From contig CP012986.1 of NCBI GenBank assembly GCA_001761425.1, positions 930,001-962,000 on the forward strand: a DNA stretch of 32,000 nt, in the 5' to 3' direction. The first letter of the stretch is position 1. The number at the start of each line of letters is the position of its first letter. Position numbers and translations under genes: made by a program. Origin of the DNA: Candidatus Saccharimonadota bacterium. Lineage in GTDB: Archaea > Nanohalarchaeota > Nanosalinia > Nanosalinales > Nanosalinaceae. Below are positions 1-8,808 of the stretch, piece by piece. The notes below the pieces were generated by a model. It was not told the origin of the DNA. It saw nothing but the letters and a program-made list of their open reading frames with translations, and made no database searches.

Positions 1-127
1 CGGTTTCCACCATCCTGTCGCCATAATTGATTACTTCATACTCTTCGCCAGATTTTTCTGTCGCTTTTTCGAGTACTGTTGATTTTCCGACTCCTGAAAG
101 GCCTACAACTATATTTACGCTACTCAT
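1..127 (-). CDS. adkA: archaeal-type adenylate kinase, first 42 codons only (gene continues past the left edge)
   Basis: Hand translation of the minus strand from the ATG at 127 gives MSSVNIVVGLSGVGKSTVLEKATEKSGEEYEVINYGDRMVET. It has a P-loop GxxGxGKST and an INYGD block like archaeal AdkA. The start overlaps the cca stop (ATGAGTAG), which suggests cca and adkA are co-transcribed. Confidence 0.6.
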   Translation of the reverse strand, partial: MSSVNIVVGLSGVGKSTVLEKATEKSGEEYEVINYGDRMVET

Positions 128-1481
128 TTTCCTTCACTTTCAGCTTCTCCGCCAAGTATTTTAACCATTCCTCGTCGTCAGGAACAGCCTCCGTGAACCG
201 GAACTCGACTATCTTCTTCGCCACATGATCCGGTATACCCTTCTTCTCCAGTTCCTCGACTTCTCCTGAAAGAAAATCGTTCAGAAAGGCCTTCGCTTCC
301 GTGTAGTCTCTGTCGATTTTAGCCCAGATCCTTTCATCTTCTATGAAAGTGTTCTCGTACTTCTCTGTAAACTGTTCGAGGTGTTCGACGCCGTGAAAGA
401 CTTTCGGACCTTTCTGCTTCCGGACTTCGGGAAGGGAGGCCTCAAGTTCGAGGAGGATGCGGGTTTTCTCCTCTCCGACGTGGAAACCGGTCTCGAAAAT
501 CCTGAACTGTTTTTCTTCCAGTACGTTTTCCAGGCGGCGAAGAGTTTTCCTCATCTGTGGATAGATCACGTCCTCTACCGCTTCAGGCCTCTCAAACTCC
601 ATAACCAGGAAGTCCGCTCTCCTGTCGATCTCCTGTTTTACCTCGAACTGGCTGATCTCTCTTTCCTCTTCCTGGAAGAATTTCATGCTAGGATCTCTGT
701 TGAACTGCCAGAACCTGTGGATAACCCTGGAATAGTTCTGCGCACTCATCACCGAGGCGACATTCCTCTCCGGATCCACAGGATCGATGACCACAAAGCT
801 TTCATCCGAAAACTTCTCTTTCAAGGCCTGAGGAAGGCCTCCCCCATGATGATTTTCAGGGTCTATTACCTCGTTTTCCCTCCAGTTCTCCGCTTCTTCC
901 GCCAGTTCCTTGAAGCCTCCGAAGTGTGCGATCAGTATCTCACACAGGTAACCGGAGAAGGCCTGTACTTTGAGTGATGAGCCGTAGAGGCCTCCCGAGT
1001 CGAGGAACTTCTTCAGTATGACTGCGTCTTTTTTCTGTCTCTGGTTAAGGTTTTCTGAGGCCCATTTCGAGTGGTGTGGTGTTCTGTCGACCGCTGATTT
1101 GATGTTTTCGGGGCTTACTTTGTAGCAGGGGACGATTTCGACTTCGTGACCGTTTATTTGGCCTTTTGTGTATGGATGCTCTGCGTATTCGACCTGGTAT
1201 TCGCCGTCAAAGTTTTCAAAGGCTTTTTTTCCGACTGTGAGGCCTTGCTGTTCTATTGTTTTTCTTTCAGTATCTCTGGGAAAGAGTACGAAAAGATCAA
1301 TGTCTTTGTCGCCTGACATGCATGTACCTCGGCCTGTGCTTCCTGCGAAATGTGTTTCAAGGCCGTACTCTCCTTCTATAAACGCTGAGATTTTCTCGTA
1401 TACGCTTCTGGCATCGCGGAGTTCTTTCTGCTCCGGGTAAACCTGTTCTATGATTTTTTCACGGACTCTTTCCCATTCCAT
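120..1481 (-). CDS. cca: CCA-adding enzyme (class I archaeal tRNA nucleotidyltransferase)
   Basis: 453-aa ORF with the Pol-beta NTase signature GSTGRGTCMSGDKDIDLFVLF near the N-terminus. Length and architecture are typical of archaeal Cca. Confidence 0.9.
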   Translation of the reverse strand: MEWERVREKIIEQVYPEQKELRDARSVYEKISAFIEGEYGLETHFAGSTGRGTCMSGDKDIDLFVLFPRDTERKTIEQQGLTVGKKAFENFDGEYQVEYAEHPYTKGQINGHEVEIVPCYKVSPENIKSAVDRTPHHSKWASENLNQRQKKDAVILKKFLDSGGLYGSSLKVQAFSGYLCEILIAHFGGFKELAEEAENWRENEVIDPENHHGGGLPQALKEKFSDESFVVIDPVDPERNVASVMSAQNYSRVIHRFWQFNRDPSMKFFQEEEREISQFEVKQEIDRRADFLVMEFERPEAVEDVIYPQMRKTLRRLENVLEEKQFRIFETGFHVGEEKTRILLELEASLPEVRKQKGPKVFHGVEHLEQFTEKYENTFIEDERIWAKIDRDYTEAKAFLNDFLSGEVEELEKKGIPDHVAKKIVEFRFTEAVPDDEEWLKYLAEKLKVKENE

Positions 1482-1504
1482 AAAACTGTTTTTGTCCGGA
1501 AGCC

Positions 1505-1514
1505 GATATTAATC
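1505..1514 (-). promoter_or_regulatory. TATA-like box for cca (probably a leaderless mRNA)
   Basis: GATTAATATC on the minus strand is centred about 28 nt upstream of the cca ATG (1481). There is no Shine-Dalgarno sequence in between. Confidence 0.4.
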
Positions 1515-1592
1515 TTGGGAAAAAACGCTGAAATCTGAAGAATAATGAGCGAAAGAGTAGTGAGGCCTTTATAGAGGCCTCGGAGGAGTTTT

Positions 1593-1976
1593 TTAGTTGT
1601 TGAGGCCTTTAACCTGTTTGCGGTCGCCGATGACCCAGAACTCTATTTCTTCTCCTTCTCCTGCTGAGAGGTCGTCTGGGAGTTCCATTTCTTCGGTCTC
1701 GTATGTGTCCATGTCCATGACCTGTGCAATGTTTCCGTCTCTGGAGACTACCTGGCCGACTTTTTTGTCGACGTCAGGGCTCATCATCATTGCGTCGCCT
1801 GGCTTGGTGATATGTCTGTCCTTGTCATCGAATACTCCTCTCGCCTTGATCTTGTGCTTGGCACTTCCATGCTTTCCTGGAGAGGATTTGCTTGTTGATC
1901 GGACGATGCATGGCTCTCCGTCGATCATGATGTATGTTCCGTCGCTGACGTTGGATGCTTCCATTTGTGTCGGCAT
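1593..1976 (-). CDS. eif5a: translation initiation factor 5A
   Basis: 127 aa, with the hypusination loop SSPGKHGSAKHKIKARG. Size is typical of aIF5A. Confidence 0.9.
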   Translation of the reverse strand: MPTQMEASNVSDGTYIMIDGEPCIVRSTSKSSPGKHGSAKHKIKARGVFDDKDRHITKPGDAMMMSPDVDKKVGQVVSRDGNIAQVMDMDTYETEEMELPDDLSAGEGEEIEFWVIGDRKQVKGLNN

Positions 1977-2018
1977 TGTTTAGTTCACCTTAGGTTGGAG
2001 TAGAGAAAAAAGAATCCT

Positions 2019-2216
2019 CTACTGTGTCGCCATTTCGACGTCTTCTTTCTTTACTGTGTTCCTGTTTGCGTGCTCTGCAAGATCGATCGCGTCCTGTGCG
2101 ATCTCGTCTCCTGCTTCCTGTACAGCTATTCTTAGTTCTTCTACAGCATCTTCAGATACTCTTTCTGCTCCTGCTTTACGAATAATTCTTTCAACTGGTG
2201 CATTTGGTAGGCTCAT
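2019..2216 (-). CDS. archaeal histone (HMf-type, single histone fold)
   Basis: 65 aa. LPNAPVERIIRKAGAERVSEDAVEEL...LAEHANRNTVKKEDVEMA matches the canonical archaeal histone fold, including the R-x-T-V...D block. Confidence 0.85.
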   Translation of the reverse strand: MSLPNAPVERIIRKAGAERVSEDAVEELRIAVQEAGDEIAQDAIDLAEHANRNTVKKEDVEMATQ

Positions 2217-2278
2217 TGTTCAATCACAAAAAGTTAATTGCGGACAACATTTTTTAATATAAACCGTTTTCTACAGGT

Positions 2279-2737
2279 ATGAGGCCTGTAATCGACGCAA
2301 ACGTCCTGATGCATGGAAGAAGAAACTACAACTTCAGAAAGGCCTCTACAGTACCTCAGGTAATAGACGAACTGGAAAGCAGCGACTCCAGATTAAAGGC
2401 AGATACACTTGACCTGGACGTGAGAAGGCCTTCGGAAGATAGTATGGAACAAGTTGAAGATAAGGCGGATGAGATCTTTGCAAAAGTTTCTAAGGCGGAC
2501 AAGGCCTTGCTCGCCCTGGCTTTGGACAGCGGTGAGAAGTTGATTACGGATGACAAGGATCTTCAGAACCTGGCCTCTCACCTTGACATAAGTTTTGAGG
2601 CCTTTCTAGGCAGTGAGATAGATGAGCAGCTGGAATGGAGGAAAGTGTGTTCCAACTGTGGTGAAGAAGTTTCTAGTCCTCCTTGTCCTCGATGCGGTTC
2701 TGGGCAGGTACGGAGGAAACTAGATCAGTGTAGTTGA
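2279..2737 (+). CDS. nob1: Nob1-like PIN-domain endonuclease with C-terminal zinc ribbon
   Basis: 152 aa. PIN acidic residues are present (VIDANVL, VIDELES, ITDDKDLQNLA), followed by CSNCG...CPRCG. This is the architecture of archaeal Nob1. Confidence 0.65.
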   Translation: MRPVIDANVLMHGRRNYNFRKASTVPQVIDELESSDSRLKADTLDLDVRRPSEDSMEQVEDKADEIFAKVSKADKALLALALDSGEKLITDDKDLQNLASHLDISFEAFLGSEIDEQLEWRKVCSNCGEEVSSPPCPRCGSGQVRRKLDQCS

Positions 2738-3740
2738 ACAGAAACTCCTTGGTCAGGATCAGGATTAACGGTCCGAGGATAAGGCCTTTGAGGCCTAGTA
2801 CGAGCGGGCCTGCGAGGAAACCTATGAATATGATCAATGGATGTTCGTCGAGGCTTTTGCTTCCGACGTAAGGCCTCAAAAAGATTTCTGGCAGGATCTG
2901 CAGGAATATTATTCCATAGATCAGGATCAGGCTTCCTTTGATCGGTTCCTGGGCTAATGTAAGATAGTAGAGGCCTACAGGGCCATAGACCATGAATCCT
3001 GCTATGATTGGGAGGAGTGCTGCGATTGCTATCAGTAGGCTCCAGAGCGGTATAAGTGGCATCTGTGTTGTTACGAGTGATATAGCGTAGAATCCTACTG
3101 CTGTGGCGAGAGCCATGGCCAATGCGACTATTACCTGTGTTACGAACACTCCTCTGAATATTGAGTCGATGCTTTGGAAGAGTGAGCGGATGATTTTTTC
3201 TTCTGTCTGTGGGAGGCCTGAGAGTATGCCTTCTATCTCTGCTTTTAGTTTGGTCCTGTCTCTGTAGAGGAAAATAGCTGTTACGAGGAATATACCGATG
3301 TCTATGAGGATGCCTGGCAGTGCGAAGAATATATCGACTACCCGCTGGGATGCCATGCTTGAGAAGCTTGAGAAGTATGTTCTTACGTTATCCTGGAATC
3401 TCTGTGGTATGTCTAGAGTTTCCAGGGCATCTATTACCCTGTCTTCAAGAGAGATTGCGAATACCTGGAACTGATCCTGTATGTAGAAAGCGTTGTTGAT
3501 GAAGAAGTAGATACCTATTATAAAGACGCCTAGCACCGATGATATGACGATTATGGAGGACAGCATCTCATTTTCAAGTCTGCTGTTGATCTGAGTGTGC
3601 GCAAAGCTGAGTAGGTAGGATACAGCTATAGCTATCAGTATCGCGTCCAGAAAAGGATAGACAATCACAAGACTTCCCAGGAAGAGAAATATCGCGACCA
3701 GAAGTGTCTCCCTTCTCGCTCTCAGTTCCCCCTCATCCAT
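2673..3740 (-). CDS. AI-2E / PerM (UPF0118) family membrane transporter
   Basis: 355 aa with multiple TM helices. The C-terminal block RPYVGSKSLDEHPLIIFIGFLAGPLVLGLKGLILGPL is typical of the family. Its 3' end overlaps nob1 by 65 nt in convergent orientation. Confidence 0.7.
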   Translation of the reverse strand: MDEGELRARRETLLVAIFLFLGSLVIVYPFLDAILIAIAVSYLLSFAHTQINSRLENEMLSSIIVISSVLGVFIIGIYFFINNAFYIQDQFQVFAISLEDRVIDALETLDIPQRFQDNVRTYFSSFSSMASQRVVDIFFALPGILIDIGIFLVTAIFLYRDRTKLKAEIEGILSGLPQTEEKIIRSLFQSIDSIFRGVFVTQVIVALAMALATAVGFYAISLVTTQMPLIPLWSLLIAIAALLPIIAGFMVYGPVGLYYLTLAQEPIKGSLILIYGIIFLQILPEIFLRPYVGSKSLDEHPLIIFIGFLAGPLVLGLKGLILGPLILILTKEFLFNYTDLVSSVPAQNRIEDKED

Positions 3741-3845
3741 AATATGAATAAGTTATACAGCACCGAAGTTAAATTACCTGCGACCGAGAAGTGTTGTCAC
3801 CGCAAGATAAAACCTTCAAGGATTACGTTTTTAAGAATTAGGGCC

Positions 3846-3857
3846 TTTTTAATTTTT
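3846..3857 (+). promoter_or_regulatory. TATA box for tfb (leaderless)
   Basis: TTTTTAATTTTT is centred about 27-28 nt upstream of the ATG at 3879. Confidence 0.5.
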
Positions 3858-3878
3858 GCCTAGGTGCTACTCAAAATT

Positions 3879-4964
3879 ATGACAGAAGATACTCCACAGA
3901 ATATTCCAAGACGCCAGATCGATGACTATGACGTTCCTGACGAATGGAAGGACGACGAAGAAGATAAGGAAGAAGTTCCAGAGGGAGAAGAGCCTGAAGA
4001 AGATGTAGAAGGAGAAGGCTACGAAGTCGTACAGGAAGAAGCAGAGGAAGGAGACACAGTACTGACATGTCCAGAATGTGGTTCTCAGCGCTTCGAAGAA
4101 GACTCAGCTAAAGGAGAACTGGTCTGTATCGAATGTGGAATGGTAATTGACGAAGACAGAATCGACGAATCCGCGGAGTGGAGAGCATTCAACGCAGAGG
4201 AAAAAGAAAAGAAAGCAAGAGCCGGACAGCCACTAACTTATACTAAACACGACATGGGAGTCTCCACAGAGATCGGAAAAGGATCAGGAGAACTCTACAA
4301 AGTCAGCGGAAACAAACGTGCCCAGTACTACAGACTCAGAAAATGGCATAAAAGACTGACCAAGTCAAAGGACCGCAACCTAGGATTCGCACTCAGCGAA
4401 CTAAACTCCATGATCTCCAACCTCAACCTGCCTGAATCAGTCCACGAAGAAGTCGCAAGACTTTACGAAAAAGCAGTGGACCAAGGCCTTGTCCGCGGGA
4501 GAAGCATGGAATCCATCATCTCGGCCATAATATATATTGTAGCCAGAAAACAGGGAACACCGAGAACCCTGGACGAAATCTCTGAAGCATCAGGCATCGA
4601 AAAAAGAGAGATCGGACGCGCATACAGATACGTAGCAAGAGAACTAGGCCTCAGAATCCTACCTGCGAAGCCACAGGACTACGTTCCACGTTTCGCCGGA
4701 AAACTACAGCTAAGCGGAACAGTACAGGCCCGCGCAAGAAACATCCTCAAAGAAGCACGCGAACGAGACCTCCTCTCAGGAAAAGGCCCTACAGGCCTCG
4801 CAGCAGCAGCACTCTACATCGCAGCAGTACTTGAAGGCGAAAAAAGAACACAGAGAGAAGTAGCCGACGTAGTCGGAGTCACAGAAGTAACAATCAGGAA
4901 CCGCTACAAAGAGCTTGCGGAGAAGCTAGGCCTCGAAGAGGAACTAGAAGAAAAATCCAGCTAG
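3879..4964 (+). CDS. tfb: transcription initiation factor TFB with an acidic N-terminal extension of about 60 aa
   Basis: It has a zinc ribbon (CPECGSQRFEE...CIECG), a B-reader/linker and two cyclin repeats (RGRSMESIISAIIYIVAR, GKGPTGLAAAALYIAA). The ATG at 3879 is preferred over the GTG at 3864 given by the ORF track. Confidence 0.9.
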   Translation: MTEDTPQNIPRRQIDDYDVPDEWKDDEEDKEEVPEGEEPEEDVEGEGYEVVQEEAEEGDTVLTCPECGSQRFEEDSAKGELVCIECGMVIDEDRIDESAEWRAFNAEEKEKKARAGQPLTYTKHDMGVSTEIGKGSGELYKVSGNKRAQYYRLRKWHKRLTKSKDRNLGFALSELNSMISNLNLPESVHEEVARLYEKAVDQGLVRGRSMESIISAIIYIVARKQGTPRTLDEISEASGIEKREIGRAYRYVARELGLRILPAKPQDYVPRFAGKLQLSGTVQARARNILKEARERDLLSGKGPTGLAAAALYIAAVLEGEKRTQREVADVVGVTEVTIRNRYKELAEKLGLEEELEEKSS

Positions 4965-4969
4965 TAGTT

Positions 4970-7159
4970 ATGTCATACGACGAAAATATATTCCAAGATG
5001 AAGAGTCCTATGAGAACTTTATCTTGGAATCCTTCCGTCAATTTATTCAAAAAACTCATGGTGGAAAAGATGGCTTTATTCGAGAAGCATCAGAGAACGG
5101 TGTAAACTACAATAAATCTTCAAGATATAGTGAGATCATAGAGAAAATAAGAAATAATGAAGATAGCAAGAAAGAAAAAATTCTGAAAGGGAAAACTGGC
5201 ATTCTAGAAGCGGTTGAATACTATAGCTTATATAAGTTTCAGGTAAGAGGGATAAGAAAAATAGACGAAAATGTAGTTAAAGAGTTTAATTCTTCTCTTA
5301 AAGATACAAAAAATAGCAAAGACAGTAAAAAATCTGCCATAGAACTATGTGAGTCATTAACTAGTAAGAATTTTTCGGAAAGATGGCGCAAATATTGGCT
5401 AAAACAAAATAGGAAACTGCCTCCAGTAATGCTTTTTCAAAATACAGTAATAGGTCCTTTGGGACCGATTCTCAAAAGAGATAAGGAACCTAAAAGATAT
5501 TCGGACTCCAGCCACATCTCACATGGCTATGAAATGGAATATATGACCACCTTAGACCTTTTGATGCTACCTCAAAATTACAGAAAGGCAAGACATAGCA
5601 ATTATCCCTTCAACTTACAAAAGACAGAATTTGTCAAACTTCTTTCCTCCATTTTGTCCTCATGCCGGAATAATATTAACTCATTTGAGGGAACTTATCA
5701 AAAATACATAGAGGACAAGGAAGACCAACTAACTTCTAAAATAGGTCAAATAAAGTCTAGATTAAGTAAAGAAGGTGCAAAATGCTCTGATAAACTGAGT
5801 AATGGCGAAATACCTCTTATCTATGCAGAGATTTCGCAGCTATCAGAAATTTTTCTAGAGAAAGACGAAGTTATTAAGGAGCTTAACGGATTAATTGGAG
5901 ATAATACACTAGTTGTGAGTGAAAGCACTACCCTTAACTTAGGATGGCGAGGCCCCGAATTTAAGGTAACTGAGGAAGGGATAATCGAAAGCAGTAGAGG
6001 TAGCTCGGCATTTAATCTTGCTCAAGATGTAAGCGACCTCAGCGATAAAGAGGCAGCCAGCCACTTAATAGAAATATCTGACAAGGGACTGATAAAATAT
6101 GTAGACGAGTTATCTAAGAAAGAATTTGAAACTTATAGAGAGTTGTTAGAGAAAAACAATCTAAACTACGAAGAAAGGCACCAAATGATAGCAGAGAAAA
6201 CTCAAAAGAGGCTTCTTGAGTCATATGGGATAAATTTACCGATAAGAGACTCAATGAGATTTAGAAACGATTTAGTATTGTTCTTCAAAAATTTAGAAGA
6301 ATTTGAAGAAAACTACAATAACTATGGAAGAAACTTAACTTCTAAAATCACTAACTTATTACGAGACACGAGAGTGAACTCCGAAAGATTCCTAAAAGAA
6401 CTTTTTACTTTAGAAACACTGCTAATAGAGCATATGAGAAAAAGAGAAGATCCATTTCAACAAAAAAATCCGTTATTAACACCTACCTTTGAAGAGAGAT
6501 TAGGCTTTAGCTACACGCCAGGTCGCGTGGGTAATTCCGAAAGAGGCGTAAAATTTTGCAAGAAATGCGTAAGACATCACCTGAACGAACTGAGACCCTA
6601 TATAACGGAAGAACTGGAATTGAAAATAGAGAAGTTTCTAGACACTTCTGAAGCGAGTTTTAGTTTAGGAGACTGGAGAAGCCTAGCGAAGGCCAATGAG
6701 GAACTTATTGAGGATCAAAATCTTAAATTACATGAATCACTTCCAGAAAGATTCTCAAATAGTTTGGAGGAAACAAAAGAAGAGTTTGAAAGATTCATGG
6801 AAAAAAACCATAGCTTGCTAAACACTGCAAGCCATGAAGGAGCTAAGAGAAAGTTTAGAAACAACAGTTCTTTGAGAGATGAATCTATCGGCTTATTAAA
6901 GGGAACAAAACAGGAGTTTAAGAAATTCTTCAGCTTCCTTCCGGGACCATATAGAATAGTTACAGAAAAAGAAGAAATAGATTCTGGATTGACTTCTTAC
7001 GGCGTAGAAAAAATAGGTCTGGACGGCGAGATAATTGAAGATTCAATCTATGGAGTTAACATAAGGGATAAGAAAAAAAGCTACTTCATACTGCCTAGAG
7101 GAAGAAAACATCTAGTTGAACCCATAATAGTTAGAGACGTCGCTGACGAGATTTTCTGA
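4970..7159 (+). CDS. hypothetical 729-aa protein, K/N/S-rich and near charge-neutral, compositionally foreign
   Basis: A long uninterrupted ORF starts 5 nt after the tfb stop. I recognised no catalytic motif. GC is much lower than in the flanks and it contains no AGGCCT copies. Confidence 0.6.
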   Translation: MSYDENIFQDEESYENFILESFRQFIQKTHGGKDGFIREASENGVNYNKSSRYSEIIEKIRNNEDSKKEKILKGKTGILEAVEYYSLYKFQVRGIRKIDENVVKEFNSSLKDTKNSKDSKKSAIELCESLTSKNFSERWRKYWLKQNRKLPPVMLFQNTVIGPLGPILKRDKEPKRYSDSSHISHGYEMEYMTTLDLLMLPQNYRKARHSNYPFNLQKTEFVKLLSSILSSCRNNINSFEGTYQKYIEDKEDQLTSKIGQIKSRLSKEGAKCSDKLSNGEIPLIYAEISQLSEIFLEKDEVIKELNGLIGDNTLVVSESTTLNLGWRGPEFKVTEEGIIESSRGSSAFNLAQDVSDLSDKEAASHLIEISDKGLIKYVDELSKKEFETYRELLEKNNLNYEERHQMIAEKTQKRLLESYGINLPIRDSMRFRNDLVLFFKNLEEFEENYNNYGRNLTSKITNLLRDTRVNSERFLKELFTLETLLIEHMRKREDPFQQKNPLLTPTFEERLGFSYTPGRVGNSERGVKFCKKCVRHHLNELRPYITEELELKIEKFLDTSEASFSLGDWRSLAKANEELIEDQNLKLHESLPERFSNSLEETKEEFERFMEKNHSLLNTASHEGAKRKFRNNSSLRDESIGLLKGTKQEFKKFFSFLPGPYRIVTEKEEIDSGLTSYGVEKIGLDGEIIEDSIYGVNIRDKKKSYFILPRGRKHLVEPIIVRDVADEIF

Positions 7160-7162
7160 TAA

Positions 7163-7576
7163 CTAGTTCAGGTTCTGTTTAGCTATCATTCCCAGTACGA
7201 TGAACACTATTGCGAAGACTATGCTGTATATGACGTTCATGTAGATGTTGCCCTGGTTTCCCAGCTTTATTACAGTTTCAACCAGTGTGGCCAGGGAGAG
7301 AGCTGTTACAAAAACTAGTAGGAGACGCTGTGTAAGCATCTGTTCTTCATGGGTCTTTTTCTCGCTGATGAACTCGAATCCTCTTTCCGTAAGGATGATC
7401 TCTTCCATATCTCTTCTGATAAGGCCTTGTTTCTGGAGGTTGTCAAGAAGTTCTTCGACATGTTCCTCATCATACTCTGTGGCTTCTTCAAGTCTCGAGA
7501 TCATGGATGTATCCATTTCCCAGAAATCTGATTCGCTGTAGATCACTTCAAGGAGATCGACCCATTCCTGCGCCAT
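7163..7576 (-). CDS. small membrane-anchored winged-helix protein
   Basis: The N-terminal segment EEHVEELLDNLQKQGLIRRDMEEIILTERGFEFI is wHTH-like, followed by two C-terminal hydrophobic helices. The ATG at 7576 is preferred over the TTG at 7582. Confidence 0.5.
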   Translation of the reverse strand: MAQEWVDLLEVIYSESDFWEMDTSMISRLEEATEYDEEHVEELLDNLQKQGLIRRDMEEIILTERGFEFISEKKTHEEQMLTQRLLLVFVTALSLATLVETVIKLGNQGNIYMNVIYSIVFAIVFIVLGMIAKQNLN

Positions 7577-7608
7577 AAACAATTCAAGAAGTTAGTCCTA
7601 TTTGAAAC

Positions 7609-8706
7609 CTAGGCCTTGAGATCCCTGATCACATCTTTAAGATCCTGGATCGGTGCATCCGTTTTAACGCCGGTAGGACTGAAATGCGTTCTCTCCACAG
7701 GATAACCTTTCTCCCGCAGAGCCTGTATAAATTCCTCCCTCCTCGGAGAGGAAGTGCCTATATTAGAGGCCAGCGCGTGTATATCGTAGTAAGGAGTTAT
7801 AATCTCCGCTTCCGCATCCAGTTTTTCCAGGAATTCGTAGGCCTCCCATTCCTCCGGCATATCCTCCAGCATATCAGAGGTAAACCTCTGATCGACGAAC
7901 TTTCCAGTCCATAGAGGCCCTGCTTCCTGCGTCTCTTCCCCGCATTCCGGGCAGTTTTTTACACGCTCGAACTTTCTCCACAGACAGTTCCCACAGTAGG
8001 AAAGGTATCCTACGTTTTCCAAGGCCTTGTTCGTCCTTTTCTTCGATTCTGTGACCCTGCCCATGACCCTGGTATAATGCCTTTCATGGAAACAGACTTT
8101 CGGATCAAAGCATTTATCGAAACGAGCGAAGTTCCGGAAAACCTCTTTCAGATAAATTCTGAGGCCTATCTCATGCATGAAATCATTTTTTATCGGCTTT
8201 GAGCCATACCTGCGTTCACAGACTGTCGGATAAGAGCCTGCTGGCGCAGCATTATCAGTGGATGTAAGGCCTACAAAACTTGTATGGTTAGCAGCTCTTG
8301 CTGTAGAATCAAGGAATTTTGTGAAAGATCCAAACGGATCAACATCTATAAAATGGAAGTAATTCCCGAATTCTGACAGAAAGACATTCGCATCCTCCTC
8401 GTGAACTGTTGCCTCAATACCGTTTTCATCAAGGCCTTTCCCAATTGCCTCTACCGCTTCTGGATTCACATCGTTTAAATGAAGATCTGTCGCGTATTCT
8501 CCGTATCTGAATCCTCTGATCCCTGAGGCTGCCAGTGCGTCTGCCACACGGAACTCTTCTTCAAGGCCTGCTCTTTCCCTGAACACTTTTACAGCTATCT
8601 GGGAGATATCACGGTTGTTAAGCATCTTTTCATTGAAAAATACTTCCGAGTCCTTGTCCGGCTCTTCCTCCTCGGGCGCGAAAACTTCCAGGCCTCTTTC
8701 TTCCAT
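7609..8706 (-). CDS. trm1: tRNA (guanine26-N2)-dimethyltransferase
   Basis: It has the FFNEKMLNNRDIS block, a SAM-methyltransferase core and the Cys cluster CGNCLW...CPECG typical of archaeal Trm1. The ATG at 8706 is chosen because a TATA-like element lies about 29 nt upstream. The ORF-track start at 8820 adds 38 unconserved-looking residues. Confidence 0.85.
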   Translation of the reverse strand: MEERGLEVFAPEEEEPDKDSEVFFNEKMLNNRDISQIAVKVFRERAGLEEEFRVADALAASGIRGFRYGEYATDLHLNDVNPEAVEAIGKGLDENGIEATVHEEDANVFLSEFGNYFHFIDVDPFGSFTKFLDSTARAANHTSFVGLTSTDNAAPAGSYPTVCERRYGSKPIKNDFMHEIGLRIYLKEVFRNFARFDKCFDPKVCFHERHYTRVMGRVTESKKRTNKALENVGYLSYCGNCLWRKFERVKNCPECGEETQEAGPLWTGKFVDQRFTSDMLEDMPEEWEAYEFLEKLDAEAEIITPYYDIHALASNIGTSSPRREEFIQALREKGYPVERTHFSPTGVKTDAPIQDLKDVIRDLKA

Positions 8707-8731
8707 GAACAAACTGGTTCCAGTCAAACTT

Positions 8732-8739
8732 CTTATAAC
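8732..8739 (-). promoter_or_regulatory. TATA-like box for trm1
   Basis: GTTATAAG on the minus strand is centred about 29 nt upstream of the ATG at 8706. Confidence 0.35.
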
Positions 8740-8800
8740 AGGAAGCCCGTAAGACTCAAAACTTTTATAAAGAAGTCCGGGTGAAGGCCTCTGCATTTGG

Positions 8801-8808
8801 TTTATAAA
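8801..8808 (+). promoter_or_regulatory. candidate TATA box of the atp operon
   Basis: TTTATAAA lies about 40 nt upstream of the atpH TTG start. GGTGA at 8833-8837 could act as a Shine-Dalgarno sequence. Confidence 0.35.

Noticed and set aside
381-977. Long antisense or alternative-frame ORFs throughout the ORF track. Examples are 381-977, 1597-1983, 2056-2262, 8859-9110, 11354-11665, 15580-15981, 16891-17292, 18858-19187, 23901-24383, 26966-27559 and 29647-30126.
   Set aside because: Each lies entirely inside a well-supported gene on the opposite strand or in another frame. Each translates to low-complexity S/L/F/R-rich sequence typical of shadow ORFs of GA-rich acidic genes.
4961-7170. A short direct repeat CTAGT(AG)TT / CTAGTT at both edges of the AT-rich gene, considered as a possible target-site duplication.
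   Set aside because: Only 5-6 matching bases, which is easily chance. No inverted repeats, integrase or transposase are present. It is kept only as a note under the island finding.
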